Assembly: GCA_038131655.1 (NCBI GenBank)
Contig: JAYPPT010000004.1
Location: 56,767-120,766 of the forward strand
DNA length: 64,000 nucleotides
Reading direction: 5' to 3'
Source: Alphaproteobacteria bacterium
Lineage (GTDB): Bacteria; Pseudomonadota; Alphaproteobacteria; SMXQ01
In this document: piece by piece, positions 38,689 to 48,573 of the stretch
How positions within the stretch are numbered: position 1 is the first letter of the stretch
How the letters are laid out: every line of letters begins with the position of its first letter
Translations under genes and position numbers: made by a program
The notes under the pieces: generated by a model
Database searches by the model: none
The model's input: the letters and a program-made list of their open reading frames with translations, nothing else
Told to the model about the DNA's origin: nothing

Positions 38689-39249
38689 CTACATCAGGTT
38701 TTCCGAAAGATCGAGCGCCGTATCCGGCTTCAGTCCCGCGAATCCCTTGCCCAGAATATGGGCGAAATCCACCGCGTCGCGGGGCTCGAACTGCACGTCA
38801 ATGGCGCGGAAATAGGCGGCGACGTTGGATACGGCATCGGCGGCACGGTCAACGACGGGGGCATCTTCCAGCGTGACCTCGCGATGCACCTGCGCCGCCA
38901 GCATCAGCTGTTCCAGGTGCTCGGCATCGATTTCGGTTGCCTGTATCTGCGCACGCAACTGCACGCGCAAATCCGCCGGCGCATCTTCAAAGCCGTCTTT
39001 CAGCGCCCGGCGCACCAGGCGCAGTCCCTTGACCACCGTTCGGTGCCAGCGGTCGGTCGCGGCCATGACCGCAAGCACTTCTTCTTCCGCCAGGATGCCG
39101 CGGCCAGACGCGCCCAGCCACAGGCAAAACAGCAGCAGGTTCACATCCAGCCCATGACGTTCCTGAAGGTGCAGACAGGCCGCCGGCACACCTTCGGACT
39201 TGTAAACCGAAAGCGCGAAATCCCAGAAGGGATGATCTGGAAACTTCAT
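38689..39249 (-). CDS. TIGR02444/DUF2390 family conserved hypothetical protein
   Basis: Trimmed to MKFPDHPFWDFALSVYKSEGVPAACLHLQERHGLDVNLLLFCLWLG, which matches my recollection of the family N-terminus. Confidence 0.55.
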   Translation of the reverse strand: MKFPDHPFWDFALSVYKSEGVPAACLHLQERHGLDVNLLLFCLWLGASGRGILAEEEVLAVMAATDRWHRTVVKGLRLVRRALKDGFEDAPADLRVQLRAQIQATEIDAEHLEQLMLAAQVHREVTLEDAPVVDRAADAVSNVAAYFRAIDVQFEPRDAVDFAHILGKGFAGLKPDTALDLSENLM

Positions 39250-39256
39250 CCTGTCC

Positions 39257-40345
39257 TCACTCGTCACCGAAAGAAATGCCCAAACCACGGGCCGAGCGCA
39301 CAAGATCGCCAGCGACATCGACACTCTGGGTCCGGGTGACGACATTTTCCAGTGGAATATCAAGGACCCGGCGATTTTGCCATACCACGACTCGGCCGAA
39401 TTCCCCGGCGGCAATCAAATCCACCGCGCGCACCCCGAAAGCCGCGCCGAGCACCCGGTCCGTCGTGGACGGCGTCCCGCCACGCTGGACATGACCGAGA
39501 ACCGTTGTGCGAATTTCAAAATGCGTGGCCTCGGCCAGCTGTTCGGCAAGCCAATAGCCGATGCCGCCGTAATGCTCCGCACCTGCGCTGCGAACCTGGG
39601 TAATACGCTCGCCGTCTTCCGTCCGACACCCTTCGGCAACCACGATCAGGAAAAAATTCCGGTTCTGGCTTTCCTGCAAGGCGTGGATCCGGTTCAAAAG
39701 ATTTTCGACCCGGTAGGGAATTTCAGGGATCAGGATAATATCCGCACCGCCCGCCACGCCGGCGGACAACGCGATATGCCCCGCGTCACGGCCCATGACT
39801 TCAAGAACCATCACCCGCGAATGGGATGCTGCCGTGGTTTGCAGGCGATCCAGCGCTTCCGTCGCTACATTAACGGCGGTGATATAGCCAATGGCGTTTT
39901 CGGTACCGACGACATCGTTGTCGATGGTCTTGGGAATACCAACGACATTGATATCACCCTCGCGCACCAGCCGCTCAATGATCCGGAATGAACCGTCGCC
40001 GCCGATGGCGATAAGCGCATCAAGGCCCAGGGCACGATAGCCCCGATAAATATCCGTCGAACGATTCTTGCGGGTGCCGTCCGGCATGGGAAAATCAAAC
40101 GGGTTCCCGCTGCTGGTGGTGCCGATAAGCGTACCACCCATGCGCAGAATACCGCCGGAAAACATATCCGGGCTCAGGGGCAACGTCACCGGCGGATCGG
40201 CCATCAGGCCCTTGGTGCCATCGCGGATGCCGATGATCTCCCAGCCGAAACCATCGGCAGCGCGCAGCACCGCGCCACGGATAACGGCATTAAGCCCGGC
40301 GCAATCGCCTCCGGTGGTCATGATGCCAATGCGTTTACGCGCCAT
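39257..40345 (-). CDS. pfk: 6-phosphofructokinase (ATP-dependent type by the GDGS motif)
   Basis: Trimmed to MARKRIGIMTTGGDCAGLNAVIRG. It carries IAIGGDGS, GIPKTIDNDV and MGRDAGHIAL motifs. Confidence 0.85.
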   Translation of the reverse strand: MARKRIGIMTTGGDCAGLNAVIRGAVLRAADGFGWEIIGIRDGTKGLMADPPVTLPLSPDMFSGGILRMGGTLIGTTSSGNPFDFPMPDGTRKNRSTDIYRGYRALGLDALIAIGGDGSFRIIERLVREGDINVVGIPKTIDNDVVGTENAIGYITAVNVATEALDRLQTTAASHSRVMVLEVMGRDAGHIALSAGVAGGADIILIPEIPYRVENLLNRIHALQESQNRNFFLIVVAEGCRTEDGERITQVRSAGAEHYGGIGYWLAEQLAEATHFEIRTTVLGHVQRGGTPSTTDRVLGAAFGVRAVDLIAAGEFGRVVVWQNRRVLDIPLENVVTRTQSVDVAGDLVRSARGLGISFGDE

Positions 40346-40532
40346 TCCAACTCCTATCCGCGCCAGAAGGCGAAGGATTGCACACTTGGCGGAGCACCGG
40401 AACAGATCGCAGTCCTTCAGGCGCAAAAAAGGGGGCAGTCACCCGCGCCCCGGCACCGGAAAGAGAGATCGCAATGATCAGGAAGAACTCTGCCCCTCAC
40501 GCGGCTTGGCCGCATACATGGCGGCCGCAGAC

Positions 40533-41024
40533 CTACTCCAGCATGGTATGAGCATCATCATCAGCCTGCAAGGCATAGGCCGCGTCGCCGAAGGGATAGC
40601 CATAGGTGTCGTTGATATGCTTAATGTCGTCAATGTCGAAATACAACACACTGACGCGGGAACCATAGCCTTGCGCGAACGACAGCATGCGCGACAATTC
40701 GCGGACGAAGGCGCGCCGGTTGGCGACCGGCGTCAGGGTATCCTGGTCGGCAAGCTTCTCGAGATGCTGGATGCGTTTCTTGCTCTGCTCCAGGTCATGG
40801 CGCAGGCTGTCCACTTCCTAAGGAAGCATCATGATGGCCGTGCGGACCTTGGGGGTGAACTCCGTATCGGGGATACCGAGAACGCTTGTCGTATCCTGCC
40901 CGGCACCTAGCGCCGCGACAGACGCGGTTTTGGCCGCGCCGCGCGTGGCACTGACGACACCGACCCGACTTCCAGCCCCTACAGGCCTTTGCCCACCGAT
41001 TTTCAGGGCGGAAAGCTCCCTCAA
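40533..41024 (-). pseudogene. remnant of a coiled-coil GGDEF diguanylate cyclase: in-frame TAG plus loss of the catalytic half
   Basis: ORFs 40818..41024 and 40533..40814 are in the same frame, separated by TAG at 40818-40820 (…AIMMLP-stop-EVDSLRHDLEQ…). The GGDEF domain begins (LTPVANRRAFVREL...LYFDIDDIKHINDTYGYPFGD) but stops about 25 aa later. No GGDEF motif is left before pfk. Confidence 0.5.
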
Positions 41025-41228
41025 CCCAGTCTGCCGACCGTCGGCAAGCTCACGGTTAAGGAAAATTTAGGCGTAATTACCTAACCGGTGGTTAACGCGC
41101 CCCCAATAGGGGCCCGCGAAGCCCTTGGAAAACGTCAATTTTTCCCTTCCCCGCCCAGCCCCTTGCCGGTTGCCAAGGGCCCCGGCGTCCATATAATGGC
41201 CGCTTTCCCGCGCAGGGGGCCGATACCC

Positions 41229-41723
41229 ATGCCCAAGCCAGTGCCAGCCGTCGTCATTATCATGGGCAGTCAGTCCGACTGGGATACCATGAGGCATGCC
41301 GCGGACACGCTTTCCGATCTCGGCATCGCTTTCGAAGCCCGCATCGTTTCGGCCCATCGCACTCCCAAGCGCCTTTACGACTTCGCTACCACCGCCAAGG
41401 CCAAGGGCCACAAGGTCATTATCGCTGCCGCCGGCGGCGCCGCGCACCTACCCGGCATGGCCGCCGCGATGACCCCCCTGCCGGTGCTGGGCGTGCCGAT
41501 CGAATCGAAGGCCCTCAAGGGCATGGACAGCCTGCTGTCCATCGTGCAAATGCCGGGCGGCGTCCCCGTCGGCACGCTTGCCATCGGACGCGCCGGTGCC
41601 ATCAACGCAGCACTTCTGGCGACATCCATCCTAGCGCTGACCGACAAGAAAGCGGCTGCCGCGCTCGACAAGTTCCGCGCACGCCAGACCAAGTCTGTCG
41701 CCCCCACTCCCAAGGACAGCTGA
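41229..41723 (+). CDS. purE: N5-carboxyaminoimidazole ribonucleotide mutase
   Basis: Trimmed to [21 protein letters not shown]...RIVSAHRTP...[11 protein letters not shown]. Confidence 0.9.
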   Translation: MPKPVPAVVIIMGSQSDWDTMRHAADTLSDLGIAFEARIVSAHRTPKRLYDFATTAKAKGHKVIIAAAGGAAHLPGMAAAMTPLPVLGVPIESKALKGMDSLLSIVQMPGGVPVGTLAIGRAGAINAALLATSILALTDKKAAAALDKFRARQTKSVAPTPKDS

Positions 41724-41736
41724 CCCCGGCCCGACC

Positions 41737-42852
41737 GTGAGCACACCCGTCCGTTCCCTCTCCACCCCGCTGCGTCCCGGCGCCACCATTGGCATCGTCG
41801 GCGGCGGCCAGCTCGGCCGCATGACGGCGCTGGCGGCGGCCAATCTCGGCTTTCGCGTCCATGTGCTGACGCCGGAACAGGATGCACCCGCGACCCAGGT
41901 CACCGATCGCGCCACCATCGCCGCCTATGACGACGTGGCCACGCTCGATGCTTTCGCCGATGCCGTGGACATCGCCACTTTTGAATTCGAAAATGTTCCC
42001 ACCGCCACGGTCGCAAGGCTGGCTGCAAAGGTGCCGGTGCATCCGTCCGCCCGCTGCCTGGAAATCGCCCAGGACCGCGTGAAGGAAAAAACCTTTCTCA
42101 ATGCCAACGGCGCGCCGACGGCGCCTTTCGCCCGCGTCGCCTCCCCGGCGGAACTGGCCTGCGCCCTGGATGAGATCGGCCGCCCTGCCGTACTCAAGAC
42201 CGCGACCCTGGGCTACGACGGCAAGGGCCAGGTGATGATTGACGAGAACACCGACCCGGCCAAGGCCTACCTGGAAATGGGCGCGACGGTGGGCGTTCTC
42301 GAAGGTTTCGTGGATTTTGCCTGCGAGGTATCGGTGGTGCTGGCGCGCGATGCGGCAGGCGAGATTCGTGCCTTCGACTTGGTCGAGAACCGCCACGCCC
42401 ACCACATTCTCGATATCACCCTGGCGCCCGCATCGGTTTCCGCCGAGGTCGCTACCGAAGCCCAACGCATCGCGGCGCGGGTTGCCGGGGCGCTGGACCT
42501 GATCGGCCTGCTGGCGGTGGAAATGTTCGTCTGCAAGGACGGTCACGTCCTGGTCAACGAGATCGCACCACGGCCGCATAATTCCGGCCACTGGACCATG
42601 AATGCCTGCCCCACCAGCCAGTTCGAGCAATTCGTGCGCGCCGTGTCGGGCCTGCCGCTCGGCGATCCCACGCGCCATTCCGATGCGGTCATGAAGAATC
42701 TGATCGGTGACGAGGTGAATCGCTTCGACGAGCTGAGCCGTGACCCCGGTGCGCACCTGCACATCTACGGCAAAGGCGAAGCCCGGCCTAAGCGCAAGAT
42801 GGGTCACGTCAACTGGCTGTTCCCCAAGGGCAGCGGACCGAAACTTCCCTGA
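41737..42852 (+). CDS. purK: N5-carboxyaminoimidazole ribonucleotide synthase
   Basis: 371 aa, GTG start. IGIVGGGQLGRM, an ATP-grasp core and NEIAPRPHNSGHWT. Confidence 0.9.
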   Translation: MSTPVRSLSTPLRPGATIGIVGGGQLGRMTALAAANLGFRVHVLTPEQDAPATQVTDRATIAAYDDVATLDAFADAVDIATFEFENVPTATVARLAAKVPVHPSARCLEIAQDRVKEKTFLNANGAPTAPFARVASPAELACALDEIGRPAVLKTATLGYDGKGQVMIDENTDPAKAYLEMGATVGVLEGFVDFACEVSVVLARDAAGEIRAFDLVENRHAHHILDITLAPASVSAEVATEAQRIAARVAGALDLIGLLAVEMFVCKDGHVLVNEIAPRPHNSGHWTMNACPTSQFEQFVRAVSGLPLGDPTRHSDAVMKNLIGDEVNRFDELSRDPGAHLHIYGKGEARPKRKMGHVNWLFPKGSGPKLP

Positions 42853-42861
42853 AATTCCGCC

Positions 42862-43518
42862 CTAGCGGCGCGGCGGAAACGCATTCTTGAGGATGCGGAA
42901 AGGATCGGGCAGCTTCACCCAGGCATCCCGCGCCCGTGCCTTGGCCTTTTCGATGCTCATGACATCGTTGAGACGACGGTCGAGAAAAGTCCAGGTCGCC
43001 TCGAACCCGTCGCTGTCGTCGCCAAGCCAGAACAGCACCGTCGCCGCCAGTACCGCCGCCAGGATCGCCCGCTTGGTGTAGAAGTTGAAGTCTGTCGAGC
43101 TGTCGCCGATGCCATGCCAGATGGCATCAACGGTACGGTAGAGGCATTTGGCCCCCAGCGCCTGGTTGCCGGGCAGGGCTAGCCAGCTCATCAGGGCACG
43201 CACCGCTTCGCGCTCGGGTGCGGCCTGCTGCAGGCGCAGGCGTACGACGTGGCCGATACGGTCGCGGATTTTCAGCGCCGCCAGCACCTGATCGTCAAGA
43301 GCGGCGAGCATTCGCTCATCTGCTATGCGGGCGTAATACTCGGCTAGTTCCGTGATGCCACCCTGGAACGCCAGGCGGGCCAGCGGTCCCTCGACCCCGG
43401 CATCATAGATACCGGCCTCCAGCGCATTGGCGCTCCAGCCATCGAAGGGCACATGGGTGAGCGTGGCGCTGAGAATGCGCGCCCGTGCCGAAGAAAGATC
43501 CGCCGGATCAACGGCCAT
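42862..43518 (-). CDS. COQ9-like / rpsU-divergently-transcribed protein family
   Basis: Trimmed to MAVDPADLSSARARILSATLTHVPFDGWS... It is the typical family member near rpsU, here separated from it by def. Confidence 0.65.
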   Translation of the reverse strand: MAVDPADLSSARARILSATLTHVPFDGWSANALEAGIYDAGVEGPLARLAFQGGITELAEYYARIADERMLAALDDQVLAALKIRDRIGHVVRLRLQQAAPEREAVRALMSWLALPGNQALGAKCLYRTVDAIWHGIGDSSTDFNFYTKRAILAAVLAATVLFWLGDDSDGFEATWTFLDRRLNDVMSIEKAKARARDAWVKLPDPFRILKNAFPPRR

Positions 43519-43528
43519 CGAAGGCTTC

Positions 43529-44134
43529 CTAGGCTGCCGCGCCCTCGGAGGGCGGGGCATCGTCGTCATCCCCGGCGCCGGGCAGGCCGATGGGATGGCG
43601 ATCCCACTCGGCATTAAAGCCGAACAGCGACAGGTCGCGCACGCGCATCGGGTAAAGCACACCGTCGAGATGATCGCATTCATGCTGGATGACGCGGGCG
43701 TGGAATCCCTCGGTCTCGCCCTCGATTGCATTGCCGTCGAGACCTACAGCTTCGTAACGCACGCGGTTGAAGCGCGGCACCACGCCGCGCATGCCGGGCA
43801 CCGAAAGGCAGCCTTCCCAGTCCAGCGTCTGTTCATCGCCAATGGGCGTGATCACCGGGTTGATAAAGACATGAAGCGCCCCGGCATCCCCATCCTCCTC
43901 GTCGGCTTCGCCACCCTCTTCCGCCGCCAGCCGCTGGGCAGGCAGGTGAAAGATGACGATCCTGAGCGGGACGTGGACCTGGGGGGCGGCCAGCCCGACG
44001 CCACCGGCATCAAGCATGGTTTCCACCATGTCGGAGACAAGGGCGCGGATCGCCGGATGGGTGGCGTCTTCCACAGTTTGGGCCGGGCTGCGCAGCGCCG
44101 GATTGCCCATGCGGGCGATTTTGAGTATGGCCAT
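43529..44134 (-). CDS. def: peptide deformylase with C-terminal extension
   Basis: GVGLAAPQV, EGCLSVPG and HECDHLDG motifs are all present. Confidence 0.9.
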   Translation of the reverse strand: MAILKIARMGNPALRSPAQTVEDATHPAIRALVSDMVETMLDAGGVGLAAPQVHVPLRIVIFHLPAQRLAAEEGGEADEEDGDAGALHVFINPVITPIGDEQTLDWEGCLSVPGMRGVVPRFNRVRYEAVGLDGNAIEGETEGFHARVIQHECDHLDGVLYPMRVRDLSLFGFNAEWDRHPIGLPGAGDDDDAPPSEGAAA

Positions 44135-44245
44135 GGCCGGAATATGGGACCCGGGCCCGCCAAGGTAAAGGCCCGTTTCCGGCCCGAAAGCGGAAAAAGG
44201 CTGAAAATCGGCGGTTTTTTCGCGGCGCCCCCGGTGCCTTAGCCC

Positions 44246-44274
44246 TTCACAAGCGGCGGCGGAAGTGCTAAAAG
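44246..44274 (+). promoter_or_regulatory. candidate sigma-70 promoter of rpsU
   Basis: TTCACA (44246-44251), a 17-nt spacer, then TAAAAG (44269-44274), about 70 nt upstream of the rpsU start. Confidence 0.35.
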
Positions 44275-44346
44275 CGCGCCTTCCAGCGGGAACCAGGCGG
44301 GTTGCCGCGTCCGAAATTGAAGTTTTTGAAAGAAGGTCGAGGCCCC

Positions 44347-44550
44347 GTGCAGGTCACCGTCAAGGACAACAACGTCGATCAGGCTCTCCGCGCGCTCAAG
44401 AAGAAGATGCAGCGCGAGGGCATTTACCGTGAAATGAAGATGCGCCGCAACTTCGAGAAGCCCTCGGAAAAGCGCGCCCGCGAGAAGGCGGAAGCCGTTC
44501 GCCGCTATCGCAAGCTCCTGCGCAAGCGCATGGAGCGCGAGGGATACTAG
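44347..44550 (+). CDS. rpsU: 30S ribosomal protein S21
   Basis: The GTG start gives [43 protein letters not shown]... The track ORF is extended 15 codons upstream. Confidence 0.9.
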   Translation: MQVTVKDNNVDQALRALKKKMQREGIYREMKMRRNFEKPSEKRAREKAEAVRRYRKLLRKRMEREGY

Positions 44551-44596
44551 TCCCCGGCAAAGGAAGGCCGGCGTAAAAACGCCGGCCCTTCAGCGA

Positions 44597-44631
44597 AGCC
44601 GTCCCACCCGGTAAAGGGGGGCGGCTTTTTT
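44597..44631 (+). terminator. intrinsic terminator of rpsU
   Basis: AGCCGTCCC...GGGG(G)CGGCT stem followed by a T6 tract. A weaker GGCCGGCG/CGCCGGCC hairpin precedes it at 44566-44587. Confidence 0.65.
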
Positions 44632-44638
44632 ATTGTCC

Positions 44639-46036
44639 CTAGTCCAGCGCCTTGACCACGCCTTCGCACAGCGCCTTGGCGTCGGCGAACAGCATCATGG
44701 TGTTGTCGCGGTAGAACAGTTCATTTTCCACGCCCGCATAACCCGGCGCCAGTGACCGCTTGATGAACAGCACGGTCTTGGCCTTGTCCACGTCGAGGAT
44801 CGGCATGCCGTAAATCGGGCTTTGCGGATCGTCGCGGGCGGCGGGGTTGGTGACGTCGTTGGCGCCGATGACGAAGGCGACATCGGCGGTCTGGAACTCG
44901 GAATTGATCTGCTCCAGCTCGAACACCTCGTCGTAGGGCACGTTGGCTTCCGCTAGCAGCACGTTCATGTGCCCCGGCATGCGCCCGGCGACGGGATGAA
45001 TGGCATAGGCGACTTCCACCCCTTCGGCCTTCAGCTTGTCGACCATTTCACGCAGCGCGTGCTGGGCCTGGGCCACCGCCATGCCGTAGCCGGGCACGAT
45101 GATGACCTTGGATGCGTTCTTCATGATGAAGGCCGCATCCTCGGCCGAACCGGCCTTGACCGGCTTGTCGGCGGAACGCTGCGCGCCGCCCGCCGCCGCC
45201 GTATCGCCGCCGAAGCCGCCAAGAATGACATTGAACAGCGAGCGGTTCATGCCCTTGCACATGATGTAGCTCAGGATCGCACCCGATGAGCCCACCAGCG
45301 CGCCGGTGACGATGAGCGCGGTGTTTTCCAGCGTAAAGCCGATGCCCGCCGCCGCCCAGCCCGAGTACGAATTCAGCATCGAGATCACCACCGGCATGTC
45401 GGCGCCGCCGATGGGAATGATGATGGTGAAGCCGACCAGGAAGGCCAGGGCCGTCATCGCCCAGAACCACTTGGGATCGGCATCGCCGCAGAACATGACG
45501 ATCAGGCCGATGATGACGACGCCGAAGGCGAGGTTGAGCAGGTGCTGGCCCGGAAAGGTGACGGGATTGCCCGACACCAGCCCCTGCAACTTGGCGAAGG
45601 CGACGACCGAACCCGAAAAGGTGATCGCACCGATGACGACGCCGAGCGACATCTCGATCCGGCTGGCGAGCTTGAGCGTGCCCGAGGCATCGACAATGCC
45701 GTAAGCGGCGGGGTTGTAGAACGCCGCCGCCGCGACCAGAACCGCCGCCATACCCACCAGCGAATGGAAGGCCGCAACCAGTTGCGGCATCGCCGACATC
45801 TGGATACGGCGCGCGATGACGCCGCCCACCAGCCCGCCGATCAGAAGGGCCGCGCCGATTTCCGGGTACGACAGGACGCCCGGCATGGCGATGGTGGTAA
45901 CGATGGCGATGGCCATGCCGACCATGCCGTAGACATTGCCCTGGCGCGAGGTGACGGGGCTGGAAAGCCCGCGCAACGCCATGATGAACAACACCGATGA
46001 AACGAGGTAGGCAAGCGCCGCGAAATTGGCTGTCAT
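44639..46036 (-). CDS. pntB: NAD(P) transhydrogenase subunit beta
   Basis: 465 aa. It has a multi-TM N-terminal half and an NADP(H)-binding dIII C-terminus (GYGMAVAQAQH...PVAGRMPGHMNVLLAEA). Confidence 0.9.
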   Translation of the reverse strand: MTANFAALAYLVSSVLFIMALRGLSSPVTSRQGNVYGMVGMAIAIVTTIAMPGVLSYPEIGAALLIGGLVGGVIARRIQMSAMPQLVAAFHSLVGMAAVLVAAAAFYNPAAYGIVDASGTLKLASRIEMSLGVVIGAITFSGSVVAFAKLQGLVSGNPVTFPGQHLLNLAFGVVIIGLIVMFCGDADPKWFWAMTALAFLVGFTIIIPIGGADMPVVISMLNSYSGWAAAGIGFTLENTALIVTGALVGSSGAILSYIMCKGMNRSLFNVILGGFGGDTAAAGGAQRSADKPVKAGSAEDAAFIMKNASKVIIVPGYGMAVAQAQHALREMVDKLKAEGVEVAYAIHPVAGRMPGHMNVLLAEANVPYDEVFELEQINSEFQTADVAFVIGANDVTNPAARDDPQSPIYGMPILDVDKAKTVLFIKRSLAPGYAGVENELFYRDNTMMLFADAKALCEGVVKALD

Positions 46037-46039
46037 GGC

Positions 46040-46348
46040 CTAGCTCCGGTCTTTTTTCTTGTACATGGCGAGCATTCGGCTCGTCACCATGAAGCCGCCG
46101 AAGATATTGACCGCGGCCAGGGCGATGGCCACCAGCCCGAAAATTTTCGACAGCTCGAACCCGGTGGGGCCGGCGGCGATCAACGCGCCGACGATAATCA
46201 CCGAGGAAATGGCGTTGGTCACGCTCATCAGCGGCGTATGCAGCGCGGGCGTCACCGACCACACAACGTAATAACCGACGAAGACCGCCAGCACGAAGAT
46301 GGCGAGGCGGAAAACGAACGGATCGACGGCGGTTGCGGCATCCATCAC
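46040..46348 (-). CDS. pntA: NAD(P) transhydrogenase subunit alpha part 2 (membrane dII fragment)
   Basis: 102-aa, 3-TM protein between pntAA and pntB. This is the three-gene organisation known from Rhodospirillum rubrum. Confidence 0.85.
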   Translation of the reverse strand: MMDAATAVDPFVFRLAIFVLAVFVGYYVVWSVTPALHTPLMSVTNAISSVIIVGALIAAGPTGFELSKIFGLVAIALAAVNIFGGFMVTSRMLAMYKKKDRS

Positions 46349-47484
46349 GCGGCTCCTTCCGTAAGCAGGGGGTGAACGACGGCCCCGTCGCGGGTCAGCC
46401 CGGCGCCCTTGACGATTTCATCATCCCAGTTGATGGCAAGCGCACCGCTTTCCTTGTCCACCAGCGGCGTCAGGAAATTGAGAAGGTTGCGCGCGTAAAG
46501 AAGGCTCGAGTCCTCGGCCAGCATGGACGGCAGGTTGGTCCAGCCGATCAGCGTCACGCCGTGCTTTTCCACCACCTTGTCCTTTTCCGACAGCGGGCAG
46601 TTGCCCCCCGCCTCCACCGCCAGGTCGACGATGACCGAACCGGGACGCATGGTCTTGACCATATCCTCGCTGACCAGCACCGGCGCGGGACGGCCGGGGA
46701 TCAGCGCCGTGGTGATGACGATATCCTGCTTGGCGATGGTCGCAGCAATCAGTTCGGCCTGTTTCTGCTTGTAGGCGTCGGACATTTCCTTGGCGTAGCC
46801 GCCGGAGGTTTCCGCCGCAGCAGTTTCCTCATCCTCGACCATGACGAACTTGCCGCCCAGGCTTTCGACCTGTTCCTTGGTGGCGGGGCGCACATCGGTG
46901 GCCGAGACCACAGCCCCCAGGCGCTTGGCGGGGGCGATGGCCTGCAGGCCGGCGACGCCGACGCCCATGACGAAAACCCGCGCCGGCGCGATGGAACCGG
47001 CGGCCGTCATCATCATCGGCAGGACGCGCTTGTAATGCGCGCAGGCTTCCAGCACCGCCTTGTAGCCCGCCAGGTTGGCCTGGCTGGAAAGTACGTCCAT
47101 GGACTGCGCGCGGGTGATGCGCGGCACCAGTTCCATGGCAAAGGCCGTGATGCCCGCCGCCGCGTAGGCCTTGGCATCATCCTTGTGAACCAGCGGCTGC
47201 AACTGGGCGACCAGCACCGCACCGGATTTCATCGCCTTGATCTCGTCCGCCGTGGGCCGGGCGACCTTGAAGACGATATCGCCGCCGCCAAGGGTAGCCG
47301 CGCTGTCCGCCGCGATTTCCGCGCCCGCATCGGCATAGGCCTGATCGCTGATCCGCGCGCCCGCACCGGCGCCCGCCTGAACGACCACGTCGAGACCCAG
47401 TGCCTTGAGCTTCTTCACGGTCTCCGGCGATGCGGCAACCCGCGCTTCGCCCGCCGCGGTTTCCTTAGGGATAGATACTTTCAT
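46345..47484 (-). CDS. pntA: NAD(P) transhydrogenase subunit alpha part 1 (dI, NAD(H)-binding)
   Basis: Trimmed to MKVSIPKETAAGEARVAASPETVKKL... It contains the Rossmann motif VFVMGVGVAGLQA. Confidence 0.9.
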   Translation of the reverse strand: MKVSIPKETAAGEARVAASPETVKKLKALGLDVVVQAGAGAGARISDQAYADAGAEIAADSAATLGGGDIVFKVARPTADEIKAMKSGAVLVAQLQPLVHKDDAKAYAAAGITAFAMELVPRITRAQSMDVLSSQANLAGYKAVLEACAHYKRVLPMMMTAAGSIAPARVFVMGVGVAGLQAIAPAKRLGAVVSATDVRPATKEQVESLGGKFVMVEDEETAAAETSGGYAKEMSDAYKQKQAELIAATIAKQDIVITTALIPGRPAPVLVSEDMVKTMRPGSVIVDLAVEAGGNCPLSEKDKVVEKHGVTLIGWTNLPSMLAEDSSLLYARNLLNFLTPLVDKESGALAINWDDEIVKGAGLTRDGAVVHPLLTEGAA

Positions 47485-47619
47485 TGGGTTCCCCCGCAAA
47501 TGTGCGCTTCACAATGCCCAATCGAAGGGCATTTGCCAAGGGGCACCATCCCTCTCGCCGGACGGCCCGGCCAGCGCTAATCTGGACACGGTAGTTTACC
47601 TTTTGAGAATGAGGCAACG

Positions 47620-48573
47620 ATGAGAGCGTTCTGTATTCTTGCAACCCTGGCCTTGCTGGCCGCAAGCGGCACCCCGGCCCGCGCCGCCGAACATGTAGAT
47701 ACCATCGCGACCCGACCGGGGGTGACGGTCAAGGCCATTGTCCGCAACGAGGGCGCAGTCGCCACGGCACCGATTGCCATCCTGTTCGCCGGTGGCGACG
47801 GGATCCTCAGCCTCGATTCCTGGGATGGGAAGAAAAACCCGACAAGTAATTTCCTGGTCCGTACCCGCAAGCACTTCGCGCGGGGCGGCCTGTGGACGGT
47901 GGTGCCCGACGTGCCCTCCGACATGCAAACCGACGGCCTGGTATCGTGGCGCACGAACAAGGAACATAGCGCTGATATCGGCGCCATCGTTCGCCATGTC
48001 CGCAAGTATTCGAGCGGCCCGGTATTCCTGGTCGGCACCAGCCGCGGCACGGTATCGGCCGCCGCCGGCACCGCCAACCTGCCCCCCGGCACCATCGCAG
48101 GCGTGGTGCTGACGGCATCGGTCACGCGCTACAACAAGTCCGGAACCAAGCACCGCGTTCACGACGCGCCGATCAAGAACATCACCGTGCCGGTGCTGTT
48201 CGCCCATCACAAGGACGATGTCTGCTACGTCACCGTCTATACGGACCTGGAAAAGCTGGCCCGCGAATTCACCCGCGCGCCCAAGGTCGAGATCAAGGGC
48301 TATACCGGCGGCGGCAAATATCGCGGCTCCGAATGCGGCGCCCTGTCGGCCCACGGCTTCAGGGGGATCGAAATCCAGGTCGTCGGCGATATCGTCACCT
48401 GGATCAAGGCCGTGGCGGCGAACGCGAAACGCCAGCTCAGGCCTCCAGCTCGTCGATCAGGCCCGAAAGCATGGACAGGCCGCGGTTCCAGAAGGCCGGA
48501 TCGGCGGCGTTCAGGCCGAAAGGCTTCAGCAGTTCCTTGTGACGCAGGGTGCCGCCCGCGTGCAGCATGTTGA
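47620..48573 (+). CDS. secreted alpha/beta-hydrolase-fold protein; 3-prime end uncertain (overlaps convergent pepF by 137 nt)
   Basis: Signal peptide MRAFCILATLALLAASGTPARA, nucleophile elbow G-T-S-R-G (LVGTSRGT) and a late HHKDD. The Arg-rich tail after ...WIKAVAANAKRQ looks like antisense read-through. Confidence 0.5.
   Translation: MRAFCILATLALLAASGTPARAAEHVDTIATRPGVTVKAIVRNEGAVATAPIAILFAGGDGILSLDSWDGKKNPTSNFLVRTRKHFARGGLWTVVPDVPSDMQTDGLVSWRTNKEHSADIGAIVRHVRKYSSGPVFLVGTSRGTVSAAAGTANLPPGTIAGVVLTASVTRYNKSGTKHRVHDAPIKNITVPVLFAHHKDDVCYVTVYTDLEKLAREFTRAPKVEIKGYTGGGKYRGSECGALSAHGFRGIEIQVVGDIVTWIKAVAANAKRQLRPPARRSGPKAWTGRGSRRPDRRRSGRKASAVPCDAGCRPRAAC

Noticed and set aside
44239-44251. Identical 13-mer TTAGCCCTTCACA upstream of rpsU (44239-44251) and upstream of nadA (61939-61951)
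   Set aside because: With this base composition I estimate on the order of a hundred or more chance 13-mer matches among all position pairs in 64 kb. In the nadA case the implied -10 position does not fit. Only the rpsU copy is kept, as a weak promoter call.
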